Below are positions 1-12,399 of a stretch of 64,000 nt of DNA, in pieces. A program made the translations under genes and the position numbers. The DNA lies in the NCBI RefSeq assembly GCF_009834535.1, contig NC_045697.1:14944001-15008000 (forward strand). Direction: 5' to 3'. A model generated the notes under the pieces. That model searched no databases, was not told the DNA's origin, and saw only the letters and a program-made list of their open reading frames with translations. The stretch is from Camelus ferus (Eukaryota). The number at the start of each line of letters is the position of its first letter. The first letter of the stretch is position 1.

Positions 1-306
1 ACCTATTTGACAAATACATGACATGTAAGTTTATGTAAAATGCGGAGTAATTTGGCTATAGCATAAGGAATCTCGTGTCTTTGAGGACACAGAGGGATTC
101 TACCAGCAGATGTACAGTGTGATGAAAGTATTTCACTTTAAAAAAACATATTAAAACTGATGATTAAACAGTCACTTTGAAATAGAACATTATAATTTAT
201 GCATAGACACTTTGATTTCAGAGTTGATGGATGTAACCGTTACTTTAAAAAGCTGATTTATCTTCCAAGTACTATACAATATATTAGGCTGGTTCTTGAC
301 TTCCAG

Positions 307-327
307 TCTCTCTCTCTTTCTCACACA

Positions 328-371
<44 letters not shown>
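307..371. repeat. (TC)n(CA)n compound microsatellite
   Basis: Directly visible dinucleotide runs. Confidence 0.97.
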
Positions 372-379
<8 letters not shown>

Positions 380-2346
380 ATTCACAAAGCAGGTTTTATC
401 CTTATAATTTTGGAAAATGAAGTATCCAGGAACACAGACAGTAATTTATGACTTGGTAAAATGTATTTGACATACTCAGAAATTCAAATTCATATACAAA
501 GTCGATAATACTGGATTCCTTTATAAACCCCAGCATGTAGGGAGTAAAATAAAAGGGCTGCCACAACTCCAACGACAGCAAATAAAACCGACTAAGAGGC
601 GCTTAAGCATCAATCTCTATAGTCCCACTATTTCTAAAGGGCTCATGTCTTTGTGTTCATCTTGGACATGCGTGTGTCTCAGAGACCATCATGGAAACTA
701 CCAGGGCACAATTTGACTTGTCACCTTAATTTGAGGTGTGCCCAGGTGATAGAACTGAGTCAGGAGCCAAGTGACCTGGTGCTATTTTCTGAAGTTACCA
801 CTCATCGGTTTATTTGATGTTTAGCAACTTCAACTTAAACTACTTCCTGGAGGCTTACTTATTTATTAAAAAATAAATAAAAATAAAAAGAGAGAGACAT
901 CCCTCATCCCTCGCAGAGAGAAGGGGCTCCACTGTAGATCGCCCTCTGCAGGGCAGCCTGCACACAGTCTCACAGTCCTCGGTGCGCTTTGAGAGTTCTG
1001 TGGCTTAAATAAGACACTCAACTCTACCAGCAAAAGGGACCACCTAACTGGAGGAGCAATGACGATCAATACCCCTGACTTAGCTCAAAGGCAGAGCAGC
1101 ATCTGGAACTCCATGGGTCATCAAGAGATTGACCTGTTGTTGATCTGACCTGACCTGCACATTTTCGAGAAGCAGCCAGAATTCAGTCAGGAGGATGTCA
1201 GCTCAGTGGGCAAAAGGGCTGTCAACTGACATGTGAGTTGCCTTTTATCAAACCCCTGTAGCCTCACAGATTTGCAGTGATGTGCATTTTTAAAATAAAA
1301 AAGGCAATAAACTCAACATTCAATATGCAGTCAACAAAAACCAAAACAAACCAATCAAAAAACATTAAAAATTATCTTTGCCCCAGAGGGCTTAAATTAG
1401 ACATAGGATATGGAATAAATATAGAATTAAATCATTACTCTTTTTTTTACTGAAAAGTGCATGGAAGTTTAAGGGCATTGACTTATTAGAAATGTATAAG
1501 TTTATCCCAGTATTAAATCCTGTTTTAATGTATGAAAAAGGAACTGAGGAAATGAATGTATTTGTGTTTATTTTTGTTCAAACTCAACCATAAAATTACT
1601 CTAATGAATCCCATGGAAAATGCCTGTAAGTCTCATCTGAGCTCATTATTCAGGCTTAAAATTTTATTGGAGACCTTGTCAAATTAAAACTGATTAAATT
1701 TATGGAACTCAGGTTAAAACCATTGACTATGCAGAGTTGAAAATTATATCATGACTCCCAAATGACGATGACACTAGTCACACCTTTTGTCCCATCTCAA
1801 TGTGTAAGGTGATTCTCATTTTTCTTAGCTTCATCTTTTTCACTTTGAAGACACTCCATGTTCAAATCTTTGTTAATATAGTTCCAAGTAAAGAAAAGTC
1901 TTTAAAGCACAAGTACGAGGATAGTAGCATAACATTTAGGTGAGACCTCTAATCTCGAACTTCTGAATTTCTTATAAGTCAAGGTATTTTGCATTCTTTA
2001 CATTCTTGCCACACAACTTCATGTTCTCTTGCCTTCCCAAGATGTTAAGGCTTTATAGTTAATCATGAAATTATGCCTGAGTCAGTGACAATATTTAAGT
2101 GTGAAAAAATATTTAGTTTGACAACTGCCTTACTGCCTTAAATTAGTATCCGTGGATACTGACTACAGAATTTATTATTAGATCCCTGTCACCCTAGCAC
2201 ACACACCACATGCATGCCCCTTGCCCTAACTTGAGCAAATCACAATTTAAAGAATCTTTAAACAAGTAACTTCTCACGACTTTACACATGTAAAAAAAAA
2301 GTTACAGAAATCACAGTTGAAAAAGAACATAGTACTATGTCCTTAC

Positions 2347-2416
2347 CTTTAATTCGTCTCCTTGGTTTTATTTGAAAGAAGACAGTCACCATCACATCCA
2401 CAAAGTTCTCATTCAT
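2347..2416 (-). CDS. KCNIP4: Short coding alternative first exon (MNENFVDVMVTVFFQIKPRRRIK + phase-1 G), probably Kv channel-interacting protein 4
   Basis: ATG at 2416 (A at -3, in-frame TGA two codons upstream). Second in-frame ATG at 2392 in GTGATGG context. Exon is 70 nt (23 codons + 1 nt) and ends at AAG|GTAAGG. Peptide and DNA resemble the remembered KCNIP1 first exon (CAAACCAAACAAAGGCGACCCTCGAAAG vs CAAATAAAACCAAGGAGACGAATTAAAG). KCNIP first exons splice in phase 1, and the absence of core exons in 64 kb fits the very long KCNIP4 5' region. Confidence 0.6.
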
Positions 2417-2729
2417 GATTCAGACGTCTCAATTTCTCCCGTGAGCCTTACATGTTAAACATTCCTCAATTTCCCGTTTGGGAATTAAAAAAAGGAATGA
2501 AAAACAGTCTGGCGAAATGAACTGAAAGGTTTTGCACCTCTCAGAGGTCTTCAGCAGTCCCCCTAGTCCTAGATGGCAATGGTCTTCAACTCTGCTGCAA
2601 CTAAGTGCTCTGATCTTCATATTTCATGTTTTGGAAATGCAAAAATGTGCTGCTCTGGGAGAGGCAGCCTACACACAATTACCTACCATGTAGACCTATT
2701 TTCCGTGAACATCTAGATTAAATAAGCTT

Positions 2730-2790
2730 AAATACTGCTATCAGCACTGCTGCAGTATTTGCAGCTTCCTCCTTTCTTTATATTAGGTTC
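2730..2790 (-). promoter_or_regulatory. Candidate TATA-containing core promoter for the 2416-2347 exon
   Basis: TATAAAG on the minus strand at 2782-2776, about 360 nt upstream of the ATG, in repeat-free sequence. Confidence 0.35.
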
Positions 2791-2891
2791 AGATTTTCCC
2801 TTGCTGAATTTTAAAAATAACTGTCTTTGTCTCTCTCTGTCACTTTGTCTCTCTAGATAGATACACAGATAAATGAGAGCATTCTGTATAA

Positions 2892-2911
2892 CACACACAC
2901 ACACACACACA
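2892..2911. repeat. (CA)n microsatellite
   Basis: Visible run. Confidence 0.95.
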
Positions 2912-4026
2912 AATAGTCTTAGGCAGATCACTTGCTGAAGATTATAACTCTTAAGTATGGTATCTACCCAGTTCTCCCTGGATTCCCAAACTGAGGTTCA
3001 AAATTAGGAAGGCAGCATAAAAGAGACATTTTCTTTATGAAAATGATAACACTGTAGTAGCCCAGATCCCTTTCCTGTCAAAATGAAGCTGAAAACAGGG
3101 CACATTCATCCCTATTTCAAGGTCTGATACATGTTCAAAATGGTAATAGGAAAATGGAAATTAGCATTTTCCCCCTAATTAACAGCCTGCTCTAGAATGA
3201 GAAAATTGGAGTGAGGGGGCAGTTCTCTTTTTATGAAAGAATTAATCGCCAGACATAAAATAGGTTAGATCTTCCCTAAATGAATTGAAGCTGAACAATT
3301 ATCACAAATGAGAAATTATCAGGCAGTTCTTTGCCATTGCCAGTTTTTTCCCCCCAAAACATATAAATACCAGGATCTCAGTTTTTGAGTGAGAAGAAAT
3401 TTTTTTTCAAATTTTACAACTTAAAAAAAAAAAAACCTCAGATCTTCTGATTTATACATGATTTCCTCTTCAACGTTCCCTGAGTCCAAGATACTCTTTC
3501 CTTCTGCCAAAAGTTTCTCTCTTTATTTCACTGTTTCTTTTCTCCAATACTGTCTCTTTCAGGAATAAATTATGAAATCAGAAATGAGACCTTTATCTTT
3601 AATGAGAAAATTCATTTTTCTTATTAAAAAGCCTTGCAAGTTGGCATAATTTAGACTAGAAGGCACAAACCTGACCACATTTTGCACTTAACAAAGGGCT
3701 CACTGTAACCCTTAGCTGACCCTGAGAGGAACATCAGGACTCCATGTAAAATCACAGAGCTGCTAACACATCCTAATTTTTCACAGGAAATGTATATCCA
3801 CAGTTTGTGGAACTTATATTTACCAGTTCTACTGGATAAACACCTGTTCTTTATTATTGAGAGTGATTTTACAGTCACATATACCAGTTGTCTCATTATG
3901 CAGGCATGAAATTGATGTGGTCTGGAAAACTGGGACTTATTTAATATGATAAAATTCCAGCCTCCTGACTTACCTTGGGTTTATGACAACATTTTAAAAA
4001 GTATACTGCTTCTATATTTCATTATA

Positions 4027-4027
4027 C

Positions 4028-4110
<83 letters not shown>

Positions 4111-4120
4111 GAGAGAGAGA
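4027..4120. repeat. (TA)n(CA)n(GA)n compound microsatellite
   Basis: Visible runs abutting an L1 3' end. Confidence 0.97.
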
Positions 4121-4503
4121 GTCAGTTTACTATGCTGTGTCAATTTCTGGTGTACAGCATAATGCTTCAGTCACACATGAACATATATACATTCATTTTC
4201 ATATTCTTTCTTACCATAAGTTACTGTAAGATATTGAATATAGTTCCCTGTGCTGTACAGTATGAACTTGTTTATCTATTTCAAATATATTAGTACCTGC
4301 AAATCTTGAACTCCCAATTTATCCCTTCCTACACCTTTCCCCCCATGGTAACCATTAAGTTTGTTTTCAATGTCTGTGAGTCTGTTTCTGTTCTGTAAAT
4401 AAGTTTGTTTGTCTTTTTTTTAGATTCCCCATATAAGTGATATCATATGGTTTTCTTCTTTCTCTTTCTGGCTTATTTCACTTAGAATAACAATCTTCAG
4501 GTC
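4119..4503 (-). mobile_element. 5'-truncated LINE-1 3' UTR fragment (camelid-type)
   Basis: Aligns by eye with 37125-37520 and 52330-52640 (GTACAGCATAA...ATATTGAATATAGTTCCCTGTGCT...TTTCTGGCTTATTTCACTTAGAAT). Confidence 0.9.
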
Positions 4504-4507
4504 CTAA

Positions 4508-4650
4508 GCCTCTCAAAATTTAGAACACGTTAAAATCATCTAGGACGTTTGTTTAAAATACTAAGTCCCATGCCCCAACCCCACAGATTCTCATTATCTG
4601 GTTCTAAGGATTCAAAGATCTGCGTTTTAAACATCACTGGGGTGATTCAA
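4508..4650. mobile_element. MER5-like hAT-Charlie DNA element remnant
   Basis: AATCATCTAGG...CCCCAACCCCACAGATTCT...ATCTGCGTTTTAAACA...GGTGATTC pattern. Confidence 0.6.
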
Positions 4651-6124
4651 TTCACCCACCATCATATTTTGCACGTGTTTGTACTCAGCACTGGGCCAGT
4701 GCCGTTGGGACGACAGACAGAACTGGAGACCTGTCTCTATGTTGCTGGTCTACATGAGGGGCCTTTCTCTATTTAGGGAGGCAATCTATCCCTCACTCAG
4801 TTTGAGGAAAGTATATACTGAGTCTCCCTAGTTCCTCAAGGTGAAATTAAAATGACTGTGGAGGCTCACATTGGATACTGTCATGTCATAGTCCTGATAC
4901 TTACTAAGATCTTTAAAAAATAACATGAACAAGACCAAACTGAAATTATTTTTTAATTAGTCTCGGTCTGCACACACATATATGCATTTTGACCGTTTTA
5001 CCAATTGACTTTGCATTTTAGTCAAAATCAATGTACCAGTTTGTCATGACCTCAAAAATCCTCAAAGAAAATCTATCAGCCTTGTAGTGATGCAGCCCAT
5101 AAGATTTTTTAAAAAATATTCACTAAAGAACTAATCAAAAGGGTATCCAAAAGGTTTGTCTTTAAAATAATGGTACCCTAGATCTTTAAATGGCCTGATT
5201 GATTCAACTCCCAGGTGACAATAATCATAAAACTCACATCTACATGGCACTGGGCTGTTTTCAAAGCAATGTCATATGTATGAGTTCATTTGATCTTCAC
5301 AGGGCCTGGAGAGCTTTCCAAGTTTAGAAAGACATGTTCTTAAACTACTTCTGTGACTTTAGTTTCATAGATTTTTTTCACCCAGGGCACTCATCTTATC
5401 ACATAAAATTGCAATATTAAAGTGAAAAAAAATTAGATCAAATCAAACTTAGAACTTATCAACTCCCCTACAAAATCATTTTCTCATACTCAGGTTGGCA
5501 AGCTGGCACATTTCTGAGTTGAGCCTGGGGATGAAAAAGATCTTCGTGACTGGCCCGTGAGACTGACACCCTGACCTCTCCCCACAACTGTAAACTCATG
5601 CACTACTGATCTGTTTCTAGCTTTCTGCAGGTCATGCTGTTTCATGATTATGAAACTTTGCCCAAGCTGTCCCCTCTGCATGGGACCTCTGGATTCCCTC
5701 TCTTTTCTGCCTGACAAATCCTAGCTTTCCTACAAATTCTGCTTAAATTCTATCTCCTTTGGAGGCTTTCCTTCTGTGTGCTTTATCTATATTATGTGTT
5801 CATGGATCCAATTTGCCCCAACTCTGAGCACCTGAGAGGCAAATCGTTGGTCTTATTCATCTTAGGATCCTCATGGCATCTCCCGATTGCAGGGGATGCT
5901 AAATGACCTCTGGATTACCTGAAATATAGCATTTAAAAATGACTCTATTGCTAATAAACATATGTGAATGTTATTAATAAGAACAGGCAATATCTAGAAA
6001 GTTGGCAACAATCTGGGACTACTTTCTATCATTGGGGTGAACATGTGCTTAAAGCAGTTTCCCTGTGGCCAATGTGGTTTTTATTTTTTCATCCACATTT
6101 TGTCTTCAGGAGGAGGACAGGAAA

Positions 6125-6325
6125 TGTAGACTCCAGAGCCAGACTGTCTTCAGATCTCACGCCATGTGACCTTGGCCAAGGCATTCAGCTCTCAGGGCTT
6201 CACTCGGTTGTGTGTAAAGCCAGGAAAATAACAGTAATTGCATTACAGAATTTTTGTGCAGATTCCGTGAGTAAATGCATGCAGGGTCCTTAAAACAATG
6301 TCCAAACCCAGTGAATTCTCAATAC
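6125..6325 (+). mobile_element. MIR SINE
   Basis: GACTCCAGAGCCAGACTG...TGTGACCTTGGCCAAG core; boundaries approximate. Confidence 0.75.
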
Positions 6326-6528
6326 AGGCACCTTAAGAGTAATTAAGCGTAATAATATAATTCATTTCCCATGACCAGAATTGTACATATGAAGGAAACC
6401 TGGATATATTTATCACCATCTCTTCTATTCATGATCCAACACGTTCTTTTGAATAAATTTAGATGGTTTACCTCTATACTTTTGCCAAATGACCTCTCTG
6501 GGCAAAACTACCCAATTAAGTCTCTAAG

Positions 6529-6768
6529 TGAGCACTGTGTCACAGAAATATAATGCAAACTATGAGTAAATCTAAAATTTTCTAATAATCACATGAAAAA
6601 TAATAAAAAATATACAAATGAACGATATATTTTCTTTAACCAAATATGTCTAAATATGAACATTTTAACATGCATTAATGTCATCCAATGTGTATTTACA
6701 CTTACAGCAAATCTCAATTAGAACTAGCCATGTTTTAAGCACATGGTCAATGGCCTGTGTATTAGAAA
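6529..6768 (+). mobile_element. MER33-like hAT-Charlie element
   Basis: AGAAATATAATGCAAAC...TTTACACTTACAGCAAATCTCAATTAGAACTAGCCA resembles the remembered MER33 consensus. Confidence 0.7.
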
Positions 6769-6800
6769 AATGTTAAGTCTAAGAGGTCGACTCAATAGCA

Positions 6801-6833
6801 TGCAATTTTTAGATTTGTCACTGGGTGGCGCTG
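6801..6833 (+). promoter_or_regulatory. Candidate CTCF site
   Basis: TCACTGGGTGGCGCTG has 2 mismatches to CCASYAGRKGGCRS, retains its CpG, and has an upstream TGCAAT module. Confidence 0.4.
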
Positions 6834-7624
6834 GAGCCAAATACTGTTCTTGAATAAACTAAAAGTTCTTAAAACGATGCAGTTTAATCTTACAGCACAA
6901 TGTTCCATTGTTATGAGGATTTCAAATTCTACAAAGATAGTTATGATGAGCTAATGGGATAAAAAGCCTCCTCTTATAAGAAACCAGCGATACTAAAAAT
7001 CAGGTAAATCCCAGTTCTCTTCGAACAGATATTTTGAAGTTTATCAGGCCCAGTTTATGTACAAGGCTATCAAGTTTTAAAATTTCTGAGGAACTACTTT
7101 CTATAATGTGTTTCATTTCACCTGATAGATTACATCTAACTGTATCTCCTTTTCTTCCTAAAAGTTAAGGATGTTTAAATCACTTGTTCAGAACTATAGT
7201 TTCTTAGCCAAATTTCTTTTTCACTTACAATTTGAACACTTAACACAGTATCTGAACGTTATAACAGCTGCCCAGGAGAGCAGAGTAGATAGCGTCTATT
7301 TTTCTAGCAAAAAAACTTGAATTAGGAATAATGTGATATTTTCACTAGGCACTTGAAAATTAGATGTATTATTTTTTCCTATTACAACAGAAATAGTTTA
7401 CAAGGTAACTTTTACTTAAAGCAAATTTCTCTCTCCATTCCTCTAACTAATTCAAAATTCTTTCAAACTCTATCTATTCTATTATGTCCTTTCTATCTCA
7501 TCCCAAAAACACACTCACAAATAACATAAGGTTATTGGAAACACCATCATGCTTACTATGCTGCAGAGTTCCTACACCTCTAATTGGGAATGGTCCCTCC
7601 TCTGCCAGCTCTGAGAATGGCACT

Positions 7625-8097
7625 GTGACAGGTACTGCTAGCTGCATCCAGTCATTGTTCCATATTCCCTGTTACTAGGAGTAGTCTTGTACCTAATTAA
7701 GTATACATTTTCCCAGTGTTGATTGCAGCCAGCAGTAGCCATCTGACACACTCTGGCCTTTGAGATATAATAGAAAGTTTGCCGGGAGATTCTGGGAAAG
7801 CTTTCTCTCTCTTCCTAAGGGACAGGTATGGGCTGGTACCATTTATTTCCCCTTCTTCCATCCTTGAACATGGATAACGGGCTGCTGCAGCTGTCTGCCA
7901 CCACGAGGCAACAATCATGGGCATGAGAACTGTGGGCAGAGGACTAGAGAAATTCTCAGTCTCACTGCTGTGAGCTGATTCAGGAGTCAGAAACTATCTC
8001 CCTCTAAACCTGTTATATAAGAAAATATTAGCTCGTTAACTTAAGTCACTGTTAGTTGAATGCTATTACTTGCAGCTAAATAGGTTCCTAATATACA
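7625..8097 (+). mobile_element. MaLR LTR (MLT1J-like)
   Basis: TTTCCCAG...GCAGCCAG...CTCTGGCCTTTGAGATATAA...TTCTGGGAAAG body and TTACTTGCAGCTAAA 3' end. Confidence 0.7.
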
Positions 8098-8369
8098 CAG
8101 CAGGGAAGCTAACCCTCATCTTCCTTCTCTCCAGTCAATATAAATCTGGATGTCCTTCCCTCAGAGCCCGAGTTATCATCTGATCAGAGTTTTCCCCCTC
8201 TTAGCTCAGTATTCCTGGAAGAGAGCTAGAAAAGATAGTCAGCGAGTAAGTATATTTTATATTACTGTGATATTGTTGAGATTATTATTACCATTAATCT
8301 GACTCATGAATGGATTTAAGATGAGACTTCTATGAAAACTAGAAGAAATAGACAGAGATGATGATGATT

Positions 8370-8775
8370 ACCAGCATTTTAGTAGTCTTTCAAGAAGGCC
8401 TTTCACAAACATTCTTTCATATGACGACCAAAGCAGCTTGTGCTTAGATATGATTAATATTTCCCCTTTTACAGATATGGAAACTGAACCTTAAATGATT
8501 AAGTTACTCTCGAAGGTCACACACCTATTATGATATAAACCTGCTCCTGGAGACTTGGTATGATAGTACCATAACTTGCACCATGTCTACTCAATACCAT
8601 TATTGTCTGTAGGGATGATAATAAAGATGAACCTTTACCAGGTAGGTTCTATGTGCTAAGGGCATTCAGTGGATTGAGAGTTTTACATATATATAACTTT
8701 GCTGAATGCTCACAGTAGTGTTACATCCTGGCACTATTACTATCCCAAGAACAGATGAGGAAAGTGAGGTTCTGT
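8370..8775 (-). mobile_element. Two MIR fragments
   Basis: CCCCTTTTACAGATATGGAAACTGA and ACAGATGAGGAAAGTGAGG cores. Confidence 0.7.
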
Positions 8776-9404
8776 CCAGGGACCATCCACCAGCCTCATC
8801 CTCATCCAGCTCAACCTCACATCCTCGCCCTAACAACCGCGTAGCACATTCCTACCTTTTTATCCAAGGAGGCTGGATTTTGTCTTTAAGCCCAAATCAA
8901 GCTGCTAAGTTAGACTCTCCCCTCCTTCTGCTTTTTTCTTTTTTTTCTTTGTTTGTTTGTTTCTATTTCCACTGGACTGTAAATTTCACTTGTATTTAAA
9001 AATGGCAACAGTCTGGCTCACATTATGAAAAGACTCAGCATTTAAATGACTTGACTTGATTTTCCCGTTGAACTGATGTTTATGAATTTTGGCTCTGAAA
9101 ACCTGTACTTCAAAAGAACTCCTTGCATTCCTGACTTTTAAATTAGCTAACAGTTTTCTTTCACTTCCAAGAAGAAGGCTTAATTTAAAATGTACTTAAT
9201 AAAAAATTGTGCATTTCAAAGATAAGCAAATACATTTTCATGTGATTTAAAGCAAAGCCTTCATACTTATCCTCCTCTTATTACTGACACCATATTACTC
9301 TTAAAAAAATAAACTTAGGTAGATTTAGATAACACACATTCTCATTTGGATGTAGATTTTTAAATGCTTCCTTTTGGTTCTGATGGTCGAATGGAACAAC
9401 ATGG

Positions 9405-9600
9405 GTCTGGTTTTATCCAGGTCCTGCCATTTACTAGTCATGAGACCTGAAGCAATTTGCTTACACTCCCTGAACCTCAGTTTCCTCATCTCTGAAATGG
9501 AGCTAATTATCAACCTTCTTTTTTTTTGAGTGTTTAAGTAAACGAGTGGATATAAACTGTCTGGCACATGGCTGCACATAATATCCACTTAACAAATATT
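9405..9600 (+). mobile_element. MIR SINE
   Basis: CCTCAGTTTCCTCATCTCTGAAATGG core and TCTGGCACAT tail. Confidence 0.85.
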
Positions 9601-10694
9601 AATTCACACTCTTCCTTCAATCTCCCCAACTAATATGGACACTAAACGCTTGCTTCCCAGGTTTGTTAAGCCTTAAATTCGATGTGGGTATTTCTAGGAA
9701 ACAGTATATTAAAGAAACAATAAGTAACAGTCATTTTTAGGGTATAGCTACCACTTTTATGACCTAAAGGAAGAGTTGAGGTTCAATATGTTAAGGCCAT
9801 TTTGTATGTTCCTTGAGGTAATATTTTATTTATTTACATTCTATTTTTAAACGTTGGTGGATGTCCCCATTCTTGGGTGTTGTTTCCTAGAGATGCTTAA
9901 AACTAGATGAATATCAACATTGCATTATATAGATGATAAAATGTACGCATATAAAAAAGCGTATTTCTAAAGAAGATTGAAAAGATCTCCACCTTTCTGT
10001 CTAAAGCTCTTTCAACTCCTTTGAAATGGGATTGACTAAGCTGTAGAGGAAGGCTCTGTTTGATCATAACTTGACTTACTCTCTATCCGTTCCAATTGCC
10101 TTCCAACAAAGATGGCAGAAGAGCGCTCTCACTATAAGGAGAACAGTGGGAGCTCAGAGTATCTGCAGACAGTAGCCGCCACAGTCATGGGAATATGGGA
10201 TTTCTGACTCCCAGAAAATAACGTGTCAGAATTTTGCTGCAAATAATTCAAAACCTGGCTTTGAAAGCTGCTTTTTTATAGTCTCATGACTTCTTGTGCT
10301 TAACTCTCTCAAACCTTCTTTATATTCTAATTTTCATTGCATATACCTTTCTTTATCACTAAAGAGCATCCCCATTGAAATTTTGAGAGAATACCTAATT
10401 TGATTCTGTATTAATAACATTCATTATACTATCTGAAACGGGGTAGTAGATTCTCAATCAATTTTAGTGCAAGGAGGAAAGAAAAAAAAAAAGAAGGATG
10501 GGAAGAAGAAAAATTGCAAGGGAATGAGGAAGAAAGTCTGTACCCTTGGTACAGTTGGAACTGGAAGCTCACATTTGTTTCGCTACACAGGGCTGCCTCT
10601 CTTAAAGTGACTACATTTTGAACTGAGCTCATTACCCAAGTAGTCAGTAAAGCAACCTTATTAATAATAGTGCCATCGCTCCCTCAGTCTGTAA

Positions 10695-10702
10695 TGACGT
10701 CA
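10695..10702. promoter_or_regulatory. Perfect palindromic CRE (TGACGTCA)
   Basis: Exact motif with retained CpG; function unknown. Confidence 0.3.
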
Positions 10703-12399
10703 CTTAACATCATCCTTCGTCTGAAAGCTTTCTTACTTTTATGCTATTTTTTAAATTGAATTTGAGGCGCTGTGAATGACAAAAGATGTCAAAACTCATC
10801 TACGCTAATGTATTATTCTATGTTTCCCCACAGTGTGGCAGCAGAGACTTAAAAGTTGGAAAAGCCATCAGTGTTGGGGAGAAAATTCATTCAAGAGTCT
10901 GATTCAGGGAGACCCAAGGTCACAGAGTTGCTCTCAGCAGAGATATGGATGGGGATCAAGTCACAATCGATTTTTCTGTGCTTAAAACTCTGACAGAAGA
11001 AAATATTGGTTAACGAGCTTCTTGAGTTTACTCTAACTCACCCACCAACTTCACTGAGGGATGAAGTTCCCCTTAGCTTTTAGTTGGCAAAATCTGTTGG
11101 AAATGTTAATATTTGTGTTGGAATGAATAAAGGTAAACACAGTAGGCTGATTTACATGATATAAATCGATTGAAAGACAGTCCAATTAATTGTAACAAAC
11201 TTTTTCTCAAACAATGAAAACAATCTCTCTTTATGACAAATCAGTGAAAGGAAAGTAAGGTTGTTACGAACAGCAGATGAGATAATTCACCAGGAAGTGT
11301 GCAGGAGTGCATCTGGCAAGTGGGGAGTAGATAAAAGCCATTCTAGTGTTCCCATTTATCCCACTGCCGCCATCACCTCCCCACCTCCACTACCGTGGCA
11401 CTACTCTGCTCCAGGTGGAGAAACACAGATGGCCAGGAGGCAGCCCCGCAGTGGGCGAGCTCATTCTTTAGCACTGGGGATGAATACTGCCTGCATTAAC
11501 ATGACTGTTCTGTCTTCATTAGCATCCCTTTACTCTTCCAGGAGACTCTTGTTCAGGCAAACAACTTGATAGCTCATTACAGGAACTTCCTGAAGTTCCC
11601 ATCAGCTCTTCACCAGGAGGCATTAACTGACAGTTTGCACCCTGAGACCATACAAACCCTTACCTCAACATCTTGGTTTGCTGTTTCCATCAGTCCTGGA
11701 CAGATGAGTAGTGATCCTTACTCAACCGTAACCAAAGCCTCTCATTGAAAGAGCCACCTTACATCAAACTTAAAATTCTCAATGAAATCTGACCTTGTCT
11801 GTCTTCAGAGACACTGACCCAGATATTCCAAAGTGGACTTCTCCCGCACTAGGGGACACAACAAACTCATCTTTGCCTTATCAAGAGTTTGCCTTGGTGA
11901 CAGCGATGGATAAATAAGTACCACAAAACAGCATAAATATAAAATAAGGAGGAATTAACTTTCCTTGGAATGTCCATATTTTCAGATATATGGAGGCATT
12001 TTCATATTTTGTGTCTTTCTCATTAGAATATTTTGTGTCTGTCTCATACTCAAATCCTGTAATAAGCACTTTGTAATTACAAAAGCTATCAATCTCATAC
12101 TAATGAAATAAAGTGTATAAATATAATCATCAATTACTAATGTTATTATTTAAAGAGTCATTTATTTTTAAAAGAGGCATCAAATCTTTGATGCTTTCTG
12201 CCAAGGAAGTGAGATCCAGAGAGTTTCGGTGCTACATCCAGTACCACACAGCGAATAGGAGAAAGATCAGGCCTACAATCTTGTTTTGTAAAAAGTAGTA
12301 TAGGATAAAGCATTTTTTCAAACTTACAGACCTATTTTAAATGAAAACAATATTGAGGGGCCTATATAATACACTGATGAATCCTTTATCACTGGGATA

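Noticed and set aside
190..420. ORFs with CV/HT repeats (also 2728-2931 and 3946-4293)
   Set aside because: Translations of (CA)n/(TA)n microsatellites
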